This document shows positions 34,072 to 42,009 of a stretch of DNA of 42,009 nt, in pieces. The DNA comes from a virus (lineage: Duplodnaviria > Caudoviricetes), in IMG/VR virus record IMGVR_UViG_3300025018_000047, positions 1 to 42,009 of that record; one strand, 5' to 3'. Position numbers and translations under genes: made by a program. The first letter of the stretch is position 1. Every line of letters starts with the position of its first letter. The notes beneath the pieces were generated by a model. The model had not been told where the DNA came from, ran no database searches, and saw only the letters and a list, made by a program, of their open reading frames with translations.

Positions 34072-34100
34072 TTTTACCTCCTGCTTTTTAGTTGAAAGAA

Positions 34101-34439
34101 CTACCCTATTTTAATTTTATAATTTGCTTCTAAAATAGCTAAAATTTTTGTCTGCGTATCTCTTGTATCTCTAAGGTCTTTTTCAATATGATCAATATGA
34201 TTCACTCTAAGAAAATGTAGATCTTGGCTGATCCTTCCAATCGTCTCTTTTTGGTTTTCTTTAATAGTTGTGAATTCTTTATCTATTTCTTTGTTGCGGT
34301 ATTGTAATGCTAATTTCACCTCTGCCAATCCGGTAGCATTATTTACATCTGGGTCACGAAAATACTTATAGATAACAAAAATAATACCCAAAAGAGTAAG
34401 AACGGAGGTTGATACTTGTGTTATCTGGATAAAGGTCAT
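34101..34439 (-). CDS. Membrane-anchored coiled-coil protein (lysis module)
   Basis: N-terminal TM helix plus coiled coil. Confidence 0.6.
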   Translation of the reverse strand: MTFIQITQVSTSVLTLLGIIFVIYKYFRDPDVNNATGLAEVKLALQYRNKEIDKEFTTIKENQKETIGRISQDLHFLRVNHIDHIEKDLRDTRDTQTKILAILEANYKIKIG

Positions 34440-34444
34440 ACGCT

Positions 34445-34648
34445 CTATTTCTTAGGTTTCAAATAGGACCAGACGGCTAATCCGGCCATAATTAAGGTGC
34501 TAATCGAATTGATTATTGTTAAGGCTTGATCTGTTAAAAATTCAGCATCAAGCTCTAAGGTGACTCCGAATAAGGAGAAAACAAAGACTACAACACCAAT
34601 AATAGCCACCCAAATTCTTCGTTGTTTTAATAGTTCTAGAATGTTCAT
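34445..34648 (-). CDS. Putative holin
   Basis: 67 aa, two TM helices, basic C-terminus. Confidence 0.7.
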   Translation of the reverse strand: MNILELLKQRRIWVAIIGVVVFVFSLFGVTLELDAEFLTDQALTIINSISTLIMAGLAVWSYLKPKK

Positions 34649-34665
34649 ATATTTATGTTAGTTAA

Positions 34666-34989
34666 TTAGATTTCTTTATTAGGCTCTTCGCCCTGTATTA
34701 TAACCTGATCCACTTCTTTTTTTAATATATCAAACTTATCTAACACAAAAATTGATATTACAATCATCATTAAAACATACCACTTCCAGTTGAATGAAAC
34801 CCCTAGCATCTCTCCAATGCCGGTAATAAAGAATCCTAATAGCATTAAGGCATTAGTTGGATCGAGGACAAATAACTTAGATGTATGCTCTATAATCTTT
34901 TTAATAGAAGCCCTCTCTGAGAACTTCTCTCTAGTTATTTGGTTGTTCTCATTGTGAGTTGCTGAAATAGACATAATTTTATGATTCAA
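34666..34989 (-). CDS. Two-helix membrane protein
   Basis: Two hydrophobic segments; next to the holin. Confidence 0.6.
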   Translation of the reverse strand: MNHKIMSISATHNENNQITREKFSERASIKKIIEHTSKLFVLDPTNALMLLGFFITGIGEMLGVSFNWKWYVLMMIVISIFVLDKFDILKKEVDQVIIQGEEPNKEI

Positions 34990-37060
34990 TTAATAATACT
35001 TGCGCTACTGATTCTGTTTTATTCTCATCAGTAAAAGCTGTATTAGTTTCTATATCTTCCACATAAACGCTATATCCGTTATCTAAAACCTGGCCACTTA
35101 AATAAGCTCTAGCCTTAGTCCCACGGGCCCCTCTAGTTATTCCATAGATGGCATTTGTCTTAGCGCTAGTATAATACATTTCTTCAGAAACGCTTCCGGA
35201 TACGGCTCTAATTCTTCCCTGGTTTGGCAACTGTTTTGTAGCTGATATACTTGCTGATGTCTGAGTGGCAGTCATGCCAGTTAGAAGAGTGCATTCCTGG
35301 TAATCAATGTCTTTGAAATTTACTTGTTTTTTTGTTAATTTTTCATTCCAAAGCTGAGAAGTTAGATCATCTCCTTCCCTGTCATCATTCTGTTTATTTA
35401 ATAATTTAATTCCATCTGTAAAATTTAGACGAAGATTCCATCTATTTTTATAGTCTGGCATTGGTTTATAGGCCATAATAAGATCTAATAATATTGGTGA
35501 TGATGTCCCATTGGTATTAGCCATTGACACTTTCCACCAAATCTTACTGAATAGAATGCTGCCTGGGATAATTATCTCTCTTTTAACATTTGTTCCTCCT
35601 TCAGTGGTGTATGTTAAAGTCCCTGCGCTAGTCCAGGTCGCTCTATTATTAATAGAATATTCTATTTTTATTTCATCTCCTGCTACCATCTTTTCAAAAA
35701 TGGCAGTAACACTATAGAGTAATTTATCGATTGATACAACTGGAGCCATTTCGTTAAAAACTATAAAATTTTTAGCCGTAGTTGCTTTATACGATGACGA
35801 TTCAGAGTAAAGCGTGACATCGTTACTAATATCATTCAAATAGAATAAAGCATCAGAACTATCCACAAAAAAAGGATATAAATATAAATTAGTTACATCG
35901 CTTGCTGGTTTTTTATAATTGAAAAAATATGTTCCATCATATATTAAATTTCCCCAATATAGCCTATTTCCCTTCTGAACACATCCATATTTTAGATTAC
36001 TATCTGCCTCATACCCAATTGCTGTTTTTTTTGAGTCTATCTTAAATATTTCATTAATTGCTCCATCATACTCATATATTTTGTTTGGGAGTGTAATAAT
36101 TAATTTACCTAGAAATATTTTTAACAATCTATCGGATACACTAGTATTAGCTAATGTTAAAGTTCCAGTATTAAAAGTCCACACTAGTGAATCTACCGAT
36201 GTTACTGGATCATATACTCTTAAAAATGTTTTTGGTGATGAATACTGGAGATAGTATAATTTGCTATTATAATCACACATTGAAATAATCTGAGAATCAT
36301 ATCCGAAGCTTGTTACTAGTGACCAGGTTGACCCGGCATCGTCTGTTGAAACTATACCGCTTTCTCCATTAAGATAATCTTCTACCCCGACATATAATAT
36401 CCCACCAACTTCACATGCAGACCTAGATGCTTTTATACTAGATCCTGTCCATGCCGTAGCAGTAATAATGGCCGCCGATTGATCAGCCCAGCTTGTTCCA
36501 TTAAAACTTTCAACAACATCTGAATTACCAGCTCCAACTGTCCCTACCCACATAATGTCTTTGTGTCCGATAATATAAGCTGGTGCATTTTGGCTTGTGG
36601 CGAATGTTACCCCAGCTATTTCTCCCCAAACACCAGCAGTATCCTTCCATATGCCAATATTTGTATCTTTATATACTCCTATATAAGAATTAGTCGCTCC
36701 TGCTACTGTAACACTATTCCCGCAATAAGCATCAGTAGAAAATACCTTTTTACTTGTTACTGCCATTTCTGTTTTTATTTCTCCTTGTGACGAATAGGTG
36801 TCTATATTTGTTGAATAAAAATATTTAGCATCATCTCTCCAAATTGATTCTGATTTTATTCCAGCTGACCAGTCAGTTTGTGCTAAATAGAAAAGACCTT
36901 GTCCGGCAAAGTCTGAATACGCTATATCAGATATAGCTAATCTGCTAACTTGTGAAGGTATCACACTTCTAGAATACCCCGGCGATTGCGGGGCTCCTTT
37001 CAGCATATAACCAATGGTATTTATTTCCACATGGTATTTGTTTCTTATGCTTGTTGTCAT
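34979..37060 (-). CDS. Putative tail nozzle protein (beta-propeller)
   Basis: 693 aa, beta-rich; QTDWS.G, YN.KLY blade-like motifs; follows the adaptor gene. Confidence 0.65.
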   Translation of the reverse strand: MTTSIRNKYHVEINTIGYMLKGAPQSPGYSRSVIPSQVSRLAISDIAYSDFAGQGLFYLAQTDWSAGIKSESIWRDDAKYFYSTNIDTYSSQGEIKTEMAVTSKKVFSTDAYCGNSVTVAGATNSYIGVYKDTNIGIWKDTAGVWGEIAGVTFATSQNAPAYIIGHKDIMWVGTVGAGNSDVVESFNGTSWADQSAAIITATAWTGSSIKASRSACEVGGILYVGVEDYLNGESGIVSTDDAGSTWSLVTSFGYDSQIISMCDYNSKLYYLQYSSPKTFLRVYDPVTSVDSLVWTFNTGTLTLANTSVSDRLLKIFLGKLIITLPNKIYEYDGAINEIFKIDSKKTAIGYEADSNLKYGCVQKGNRLYWGNLIYDGTYFFNYKKPASDVTNLYLYPFFVDSSDALFYLNDISNDVTLYSESSSYKATTAKNFIVFNEMAPVVSIDKLLYSVTAIFEKMVAGDEIKIEYSINNRATWTSAGTLTYTTEGGTNVKREIIIPGSILFSKIWWKVSMANTNGTSSPILLDLIMAYKPMPDYKNRWNLRLNFTDGIKLLNKQNDDREGDDLTSQLWNEKLTKKQVNFKDIDYQECTLLTGMTATQTSASISATKQLPNQGRIRAVSGSVSEEMYYTSAKTNAIYGITRGARGTKARAYLSGQVLDNGYSVYVEDIETNTAFTDENKTESVAQVLLIES

Positions 37061-37061
37061 A

Positions 37062-37904
37062 TTATACTTTACCGCCGCCAGGCATATTATAAAGAATTGT
37101 TGATGCTGGCATTATTGGCTTAAGTTTTCTTTTTCTGTTTTCAAACATTGTCTCATTATCATTGGCTAATTGTCTTAATTGAGCAACTGATAAATACCCT
37201 TCCTCGATAGTAGCGTTTCCTTGCTGAGCATATCTGTTCGCTAATGATCTTAAGAATTCTGCACCTGCTTTTAGATCTACTAGGTCTAGCCAGTAATCTT
37301 CGACATCTAGAGCGCTTGTTACTGCGGTTGGTCTAGACAATTTTCTGAGGTATGAAATCTGCATGTAATTTGCCCTAGATGGTTGCTGTCCTAAGATTAA
37401 TTTATTTGACCATCTATCATATCTCTGGTTGGTGTTTACTTGGGCGAATGGTCCAGAAGATAAATAAGATGTTGATTCAAGTGCCTCTGTTAATCTAATA
37501 CAATCATCTGGGCAGTCATAAACCTGGACTCCGGCCGATAAAGTTATTCCTGATGTTGATCTAACAACGCTTTTGAAAAATTGATCTCCAAAAGAATCAA
37601 ATGAATCCTGAATAACTTCTAGCCAGTTTTGATCGCGAAATTTTGTCTCTTTGTATTGAGCTCTTATTTCTGCGCTAGTTGCCGCAGCTAAAACAAGATC
37701 ACCAGTATCTAGGTCAATGGTGTAATCTGTAGTTAATGTTTTCAAAACTCCTCCGACATAAAGACTAAAACTTCCTTCTAATATCGGATAAAATTGAGTT
37801 CTATAAACAGTCGAGGATCCATCTCCTTGAATAATATCTTCATGTTTTACCGGAGAGTCATTATATTTCCTCCGTAATTTTGATATAAAAGCTGAAGTAA
37901 TCAT
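37062..37904 (-). CDS. Putative head-tail adaptor with an inserted beta domain
   Basis: Helix-beta-helix layout, T.SAG...Y..P.D segment; GDG...YT.D..TG insertion. Confidence 0.6.
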   Translation of the reverse strand: MITSAFISKLRRKYNDSPVKHEDIIQGDGSSTVYRTQFYPILEGSFSLYVGGVLKTLTTDYTIDLDTGDLVLAAATSAEIRAQYKETKFRDQNWLEVIQDSFDSFGDQFFKSVVRSTSGITLSAGVQVYDCPDDCIRLTEALESTSYLSSGPFAQVNTNQRYDRWSNKLILGQQPSRANYMQISYLRKLSRPTAVTSALDVEDYWLDLVDLKAGAEFLRSLANRYAQQGNATIEEGYLSVAQLRQLANDNETMFENRKRKLKPIMPASTILYNMPGGGKV

Positions 37905-39580
37905 ATTTTTCTATTATCATTTAATGTTTTAGGGTATTGCCCTCTCTTCATTTTAGCATAACCAGCCGGAAAACCCCATATTTTTGCTTTAGCTTGTAAA
38001 GTTTTCACAAGGCTTGCCGCTTTGATTCTAGCCTTTGCTTCTATTAATTTTGAGTTACCCTCTACTTTTAATCTTCCTTTAGCTTGAACAGTCTGGTCTA
38101 AGCCGGCTGTCTTAACCCTAGATTTAGCTGTGATTGTTTTTGTATAATCAGCTTGTTTAACTCTGGCCTTAGCTTGTGTGTTTTGAATAACATCAAACTG
38201 CTTAACTGCTCCTTTAGCTTGGACTGTTTTGGACGCCCCTGTAGTTTTTAACCTTGCCTTGGCCTGGATAGTCTTTAATAGGTTTTCTGCTTCTATCCTT
38301 CCCTTGGCAGAAGTGGTCTTTGAGATATCAGTGGTCTTAATGCGAGATTTAGCCTGGATAGTCTTAGATTTATCGGCAATTTCAATTCTAGCTTTAGCCT
38401 GAATAGTTTTGGATAAATCAATATTTTTTAATGTTGCCTTAGAAGATGTTAATCTCGATACACCAAATTTTTTAATGTCTGCCTTTGCCTGGATAGTCTT
38501 GGAGTTTAATATCAATATTTTTGCCTTGGCTTGGATAGTTTTTAATAAATTTTCAGACTCAATCCTGGCTTTAGTCTGAATAGTCTTTAATAGGTTTTCA
38601 GACTCAATCCTGGCCTTAGCTTGGATAGTCTTATCATTTCCAGATGCTGTTATTTTTGCCTTAGCTTGGATTGTTTTGGATATTCCTGATTTCTTTAATC
38701 GCGCTTTAGCCTGAGAAGTTTGAGTGATGTCTATATTTTTAATATCAGATTTAGCTTGTATAGTCTTTGACTGTCCTTCCTGTTTTAATCTAGCTTTTGC
38801 TTGGATTGTTTTTGAGTTATCTTCTTGTTTTAGCCTTGATTTAGCTTGGATGGTTTTAGTATATGTTGTTGCTGCTGGAGTATAAGTAATAACTATAATT
38901 CCTTGTGCGCCTAAAGCCCTACTTCCGCTACCATTTACTGATGAACCACCACCAGCTCCATATAAACCACCATTACCTGCATAATCAGCTCCACCAGCTC
39001 CACCACCACCAGAACCGTGTGTAGCATCCCATTCTGTTCCTGGGTCTCCGTTATCAGCGTTACCTCCAACCCAAGCACCAGTTCCTCCATCTCCACCGTA
39101 ATCTAAATCTCCATTTCCACCATCACCAGCTTTAGGGGTTGAAACATAATTAGTTCCATTCCTACCAGCTCCATTTGGTCCTGCCGCACCACCACCACCA
39201 GCATATTTTAATCCTCCATTTCCACCAGAATATTTCACATCTCCGACTGATGCTGATGCTAATCCGCCATCCCCACCATTTCCGCCATATTTACCGCCCT
39301 TAGCCATTACATCGGAAGTTGACTTAAAATAAGTATCATCACCATCAACACCATCTGGCCACCAATGATAATTACCAACAACATAAGGTATTGATGCTCC
39401 AGGGGTTAATGATAAATTATTTTTTTTAGCATAAGCACCGCCACCACCAGCGTATGTATTTGAGCCGTATTGACCAGTTCCTCCAGCACCAATACATTCG
39501 ATGGTGTTATCATTATCGTTCCAATCTGCTGGGACTGTCCAATTTCCTGCACCTACAGTTGTTAAAAAAATTGTTGGCAT
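37901..39580 (-). CDS. Fibre-like virion protein: glycine-rich domain plus 20 basic 15 aa repeats
   Basis: GAGG/GGGG-rich N-terminal ~235 aa, then KTIQAKARI repeats. Confidence 0.75.
   Translation of the reverse strand: MPTIFLTTVGAGNWTVPADWNDNDNTIECIGAGGTGQYGSNTYAGGGGAYAKKNNLSLTPGASIPYVVGNYHWWPDGVDGDDTYFKSTSDVMAKGGKYGGNGGDGGLASASVGDVKYSGGNGGLKYAGGGGAAGPNGAGRNGTNYVSTPKAGDGGNGDLDYGGDGGTGAWVGGNADNGDPGTEWDATHGSGGGGAGGADYAGNGGLYGAGGGSSVNGSGSRALGAQGIIVITYTPAATTYTKTIQAKSRLKQEDNSKTIQAKARLKQEGQSKTIQAKSDIKNIDITQTSQAKARLKKSGISKTIQAKAKITASGNDKTIQAKARIESENLLKTIQTKARIESENLLKTIQAKAKILILNSKTIQAKADIKKFGVSRLTSSKATLKNIDLSKTIQAKARIEIADKSKTIQAKSRIKTTDISKTTSAKGRIEAENLLKTIQAKARLKTTGASKTVQAKGAVKQFDVIQNTQAKARVKQADYTKTITAKSRVKTAGLDQTVQAKGRLKVEGNSKLIEAKARIKAASLVKTLQAKAKIWGFPAGYAKMKRGQYPKTLNDNRKI
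37979..38860 (-). repeat. Coding tandem repeat, 20 units of 45 bp (one of 42 bp)
   Basis: Consensus SKTIQAKAR(I/L)Kxxxx counted in the translation. Confidence 0.9.
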
Positions 39581-39590
39581 ATTCTAATTA

Positions 39591-40235
39591 TTACTTTTCA
39601 AATATTTCAATACTTCCGTTTGGACTAATTATTAAAGCTTTCATCCCTGCTTCCGTCTCATATCCCAATATAAATCTATTATAATAGAATACTTCATCTT
39701 CAAACGGGAAAAATTCTTTATACTGATCATTAATTTCTCCGTTAGACGCGCTGAATCTTTTTCTGGTAAATAATATTAATTTTTTATTACCTGTTAGAGG
39801 ATTCATGCATGATTTTGTTCTAACATCCTGGCTAGCAAATCCATTAGAGAATTCGAATAATCCTGTCTCCCAATTTAATCTGATAATAACTCTAGGATCA
39901 CGGCCTGCTTCTGATGGCCAATTAAAGTTTGAAATAAATGAAATACTAGCTAAATTTTCCTGATTAATGTGTGAGAAGTTTCTTTGTTCTTCTCCTTCAA
40001 ATTGTCTTAAAACTGATCCATCCTTATACTTTGCTTCCCATTCAAACTCTAAATTTGAAATATTATACTTATCTAAATAGTTTTGAAATGATGCCGGGAG
40101 AGTAGTATCTTCTGTTTCTTTATTTTTGATTTTAACTCCCATGTCAATTAAGTCGCTAGTCGATCTAGCATAATTAACCATGGCATCTTGCCTAGTTTTT
40201 AATAATTCGTCTATTTTTTTATTTATATTTTCCAT
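39591..40235 (-). CDS. Hypothetical protein, possible fibre assembly factor
   Basis: 214 aa, WEAKYKDG..L.Q segment; lies between two structural genes. Confidence 0.6.
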   Translation of the reverse strand: MENINKKIDELLKTRQDAMVNYARSTSDLIDMGVKIKNKETEDTTLPASFQNYLDKYNISNLEFEWEAKYKDGSVLRQFEGEEQRNFSHINQENLASISFISNFNWPSEAGRDPRVIIRLNWETGLFEFSNGFASQDVRTKSCMNPLTGNKKLILFTRKRFSASNGEINDQYKEFFPFEDEVFYYNRFILGYETEAGMKALIISPNGSIEIFEK

Positions 40236-40308
40236 AGAGAGGATTGGCCAGGGAGGTATCCCTTGATCTGATTGAATTCAAATCTAACCTGATTCGGCCG
40301 TTAATTAA

Positions 40309-40815
40309 TTAAGATTCGTCATAGTTCATGGTGAAGATTGCTAACGATGTATCGCCAGCTGGAGCGGCTGAGGTAGTTGCTAACTGAAGCACTAAATAAT
40401 CTGTATATCCAGAAGCTACTAAACCTGAAGCTAATCCACCACGACATCTGACATTCGCTGTTCCAGGATCTCCGCTAGGAATTCCTGATACTGCTCTGCT
40501 TACACCGGTTACAGGAGTAGCGTATGCGCTAGGAGTTGTTGGATCCCATTTAACTGCTAGTCCGGTTGCAGGTGAGAAATCTGTTGATTTCCAGAATTGG
40601 ACATTATCAATCGTATTGAATGTTCCAGTAAATTTACCTCTAAGGTAAACTTCATAACTATTTTGTCCAGCCGTTATAGGATTGGATGAATAGTTAGCTG
40701 CGGTTGCATCATCTGCCCTCTTAAAATTAAAAAGGTTTCCTGATATTCCAAGATCAGTTGATGCTTCTGCGGATGTAACGCCATTTGATTGCGCCCATGT
40801 GAATGTTGCGGCCAT
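40309..40815 (-). CDS. Putative virion structural protein (beta-sandwich)
   Basis: 168 aa, A/T/S/G-rich, MAAT start, ends YDES. Confidence 0.7.
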   Translation of the reverse strand: MAATFTWAQSNGVTSAEASTDLGISGNLFNFKRADDATAANYSSNPITAGQNSYEVYLRGKFTGTFNTIDNVQFWKSTDFSPATGLAVKWDPTTPSAYATPVTGVSRAVSGIPSGDPGTANVRCRGGLASGLVASGYTDYLVLQLATTSAAPAGDTSLAIFTMNYDES

Positions 40816-40860
40816 AGTATTATTGGTTAGTGATATTTATTAAACTTGTTCGACCTTTAT

Positions 40861-41742
40861 TTAATCTATAACTACATGTCCCTGTGCTACACATGCGAAC
40901 TTAGTTAATGCTGTTAAATTATCTTGGATTATTATTTCTAGCTCATCACCATTATCTCCATCGAGCCTAATTGAAACCCCAGATTTATCTTGCCCATTAA
41001 AAGTTTTTCTAACCCCGAAACCATAAACTCCAGCTGGTGCTTTAGCTAGATATTGGGCATCGAAACTTCTTTCTCTAAACCCTCCATTATCGCTAACTAC
41101 AAATAGGTTTTTATTGATATGATTTAATTGGCGAAATACTACTCCATTTGTTAAAGCGGTTATTCCGCCAAACTTAGAATCATCCATTGCTACATCATCA
41201 AGCATTCCAACAATTATTCTATTTATGTCCCACATTACCCCTGTTGGTGGTTTTATTTTATAAATAGAAGATGTTGTTGAACCATCGACATTCATATTCC
41301 ACTTTGAAACTTTAACTATCGCTGAAGTAGTGATAGCCATGTCTAACGGGCAATTAAATGTTATCGTGCTATCTGTAATATCTTGGACTAACGCCTGAAA
41401 TAATCTTCCATTTTCTAAAATATTTATACAGTCACCAACTGAAGCTCCAACTACGCTTGCAACTGTAACTGTTTTACTGTCTATATTTTCGGCTGATGTT
41501 GGATTTGTTGTTAAAACTGTTCTACAAAAATAAAGGTCTATTGGCTCTGAATGTTGATCCTGGACATTTATTGGGATTGCGTTGTTTGATTCTAGAAGTA
41601 ACTCTCTGCCCGCACTATCTATAAAACCAACATTCATTGACCCTTCTCCGTTTACTTTTATTAGCTTAACATTCCCAGAAGTATCGACTCCAAGTATAGT
41701 TGGAAAATTATTTATATCTAATTTTGCATTTTCGTCTGGCAT
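40861..41742 (-). CDS. Putative virion structural protein
   Basis: 293 aa, beta-rich; FGGITALTNG, LDGD.GD segments. Confidence 0.6.
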   Translation of the reverse strand: MPDENAKLDINNFPTILGVDTSGNVKLIKVNGEGSMNVGFIDSAGRELLLESNNAIPINVQDQHSEPIDLYFCRTVLTTNPTSAENIDSKTVTVASVVGASVGDCINILENGRLFQALVQDITDSTITFNCPLDMAITTSAIVKVSKWNMNVDGSTTSSIYKIKPPTGVMWDINRIIVGMLDDVAMDDSKFGGITALTNGVVFRQLNHINKNLFVVSDNGGFRERSFDAQYLAKAPAGVYGFGVRKTFNGQDKSGVSIRLDGDNGDELEIIIQDNLTALTKFACVAQGHVVID

Positions 41743-41755
41743 ATATAGTAACTTT

Positions 41756-42009
41756 TTAAGCGATCTCTAAATAGCAAAGGCTGCCTGTCCCAGTAACTTT
41801 AACATGCATTCCTTTGTCAAATCTTTTCCCTACTAGCGTGGTTTGATTATTACTTCCTACTGCCTGATTTAGTGTTAATTTAACATCGCCAGAGGCGTTT
41901 CCATCGCGTATCACGACAACGCCAGCTGAGACAGTGGTGTTGACAATTACGCTCTTTAGCACAACCGGTCTGGTGGAGGCAAAAACTTGCTTTCCAACGG
42001 ATCCGGAAA
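41756..42009 (-). CDS. 3' part of the 94 aa junction-spanning protein (starts at 158)
   Basis: Frame is open to the window end and continuous with 1-158. Confidence 0.8.
   Translation of the reverse strand, partial: SGSVGKQVFASTRPVVLKSVIVNTTVSAGVVVIRDGNASGDVKLTLNQAVGSNNQTTLVGKRFDKGMHVKVTGTGSLCYLEIA
41883..42009. repeat. Terminal direct repeat, right copy
   Basis: Identical to 1-127. Confidence 0.95.

Larger units (their letters stand above)
1..42009. mobile_element. Complete circularly assembled Caudoviricetes phage genome, podovirus-like (unit length 41,882 bp)
   Basis: Terminase, portal, scaffold, capsid, adaptor, nozzle and lysis genes; exact 127 bp end overlap; two gene arms; no host housekeeping genes. 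Confidence 0.95.

Noticed and set aside
37979-38860. CRISPR array or DGR template/variable repeats
   Set aside because: The repeats are in-frame coding units with synonymous variation; there are no spacers and no reverse transcriptase
41883-42009. Biological terminal repeat (T7-like DTR)
   Set aside because: The length equals a common assembler k-mer and the repeat falls mid-gene, so an assembly overlap is more likely
1-42009. Stop-codon reassignment (code 15, 25 or 4)
   Set aside because: Long genes are intact under code 11, and TAG and TGA end genes at sensible boundaries

Overview
The window is an apparently complete ~41.9 kb tailed dsDNA phage genome. Bases 1-127 are repeated exactly at 41883-42009, giving a circular unit of 41,882 bp, and one gene reads through the junction. 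The minus-strand late arm runs from 19612 down through the junction to 32629. It encodes terminase small and large subunits, portal, three large probable ejection proteins, scaffold, major capsid protein, a three-glycosyltransferase cluster, virion proteins, a repeat-containing fibre, adaptor, nozzle and lysis genes. No tape measure, tube or sheath was seen, so the morphology is podovirus-like. The plus-strand early arm (21456-32591) holds many small genes, an adenine methyltransferase, RlpA, a PD-(D/E)XK nuclease, an SMC-like ATPase and RusA. The arms converge on a bidirectional terminator. I recognise no polymerase, primase, helicase, Rep initiator, integrase, tRNA or CRISPR array. The most striking items are: (i) a 1.8 kb non-coding control region with a promoter, a ~640 nt densely base-paired RNA candidate ending in a ColE1-origin-like G-tract, GAA-triloop hairpins, primosome-site-like repeats and DnaA boxes; (ii) a 1615 aa polyvalent ejection protein with ADP-ribosyltransferase-like and SAM-lyase-like domains; (iii) a probable virion glycosylation system; (iv) a small-gene array with a repeated junction motif. 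Near-absence of Shine-Dalgarno sites and the gene content suggest, by inference only, a Patescibacteria/CPR-type host. All protein calls come from motif recognition by eye, not database searches.
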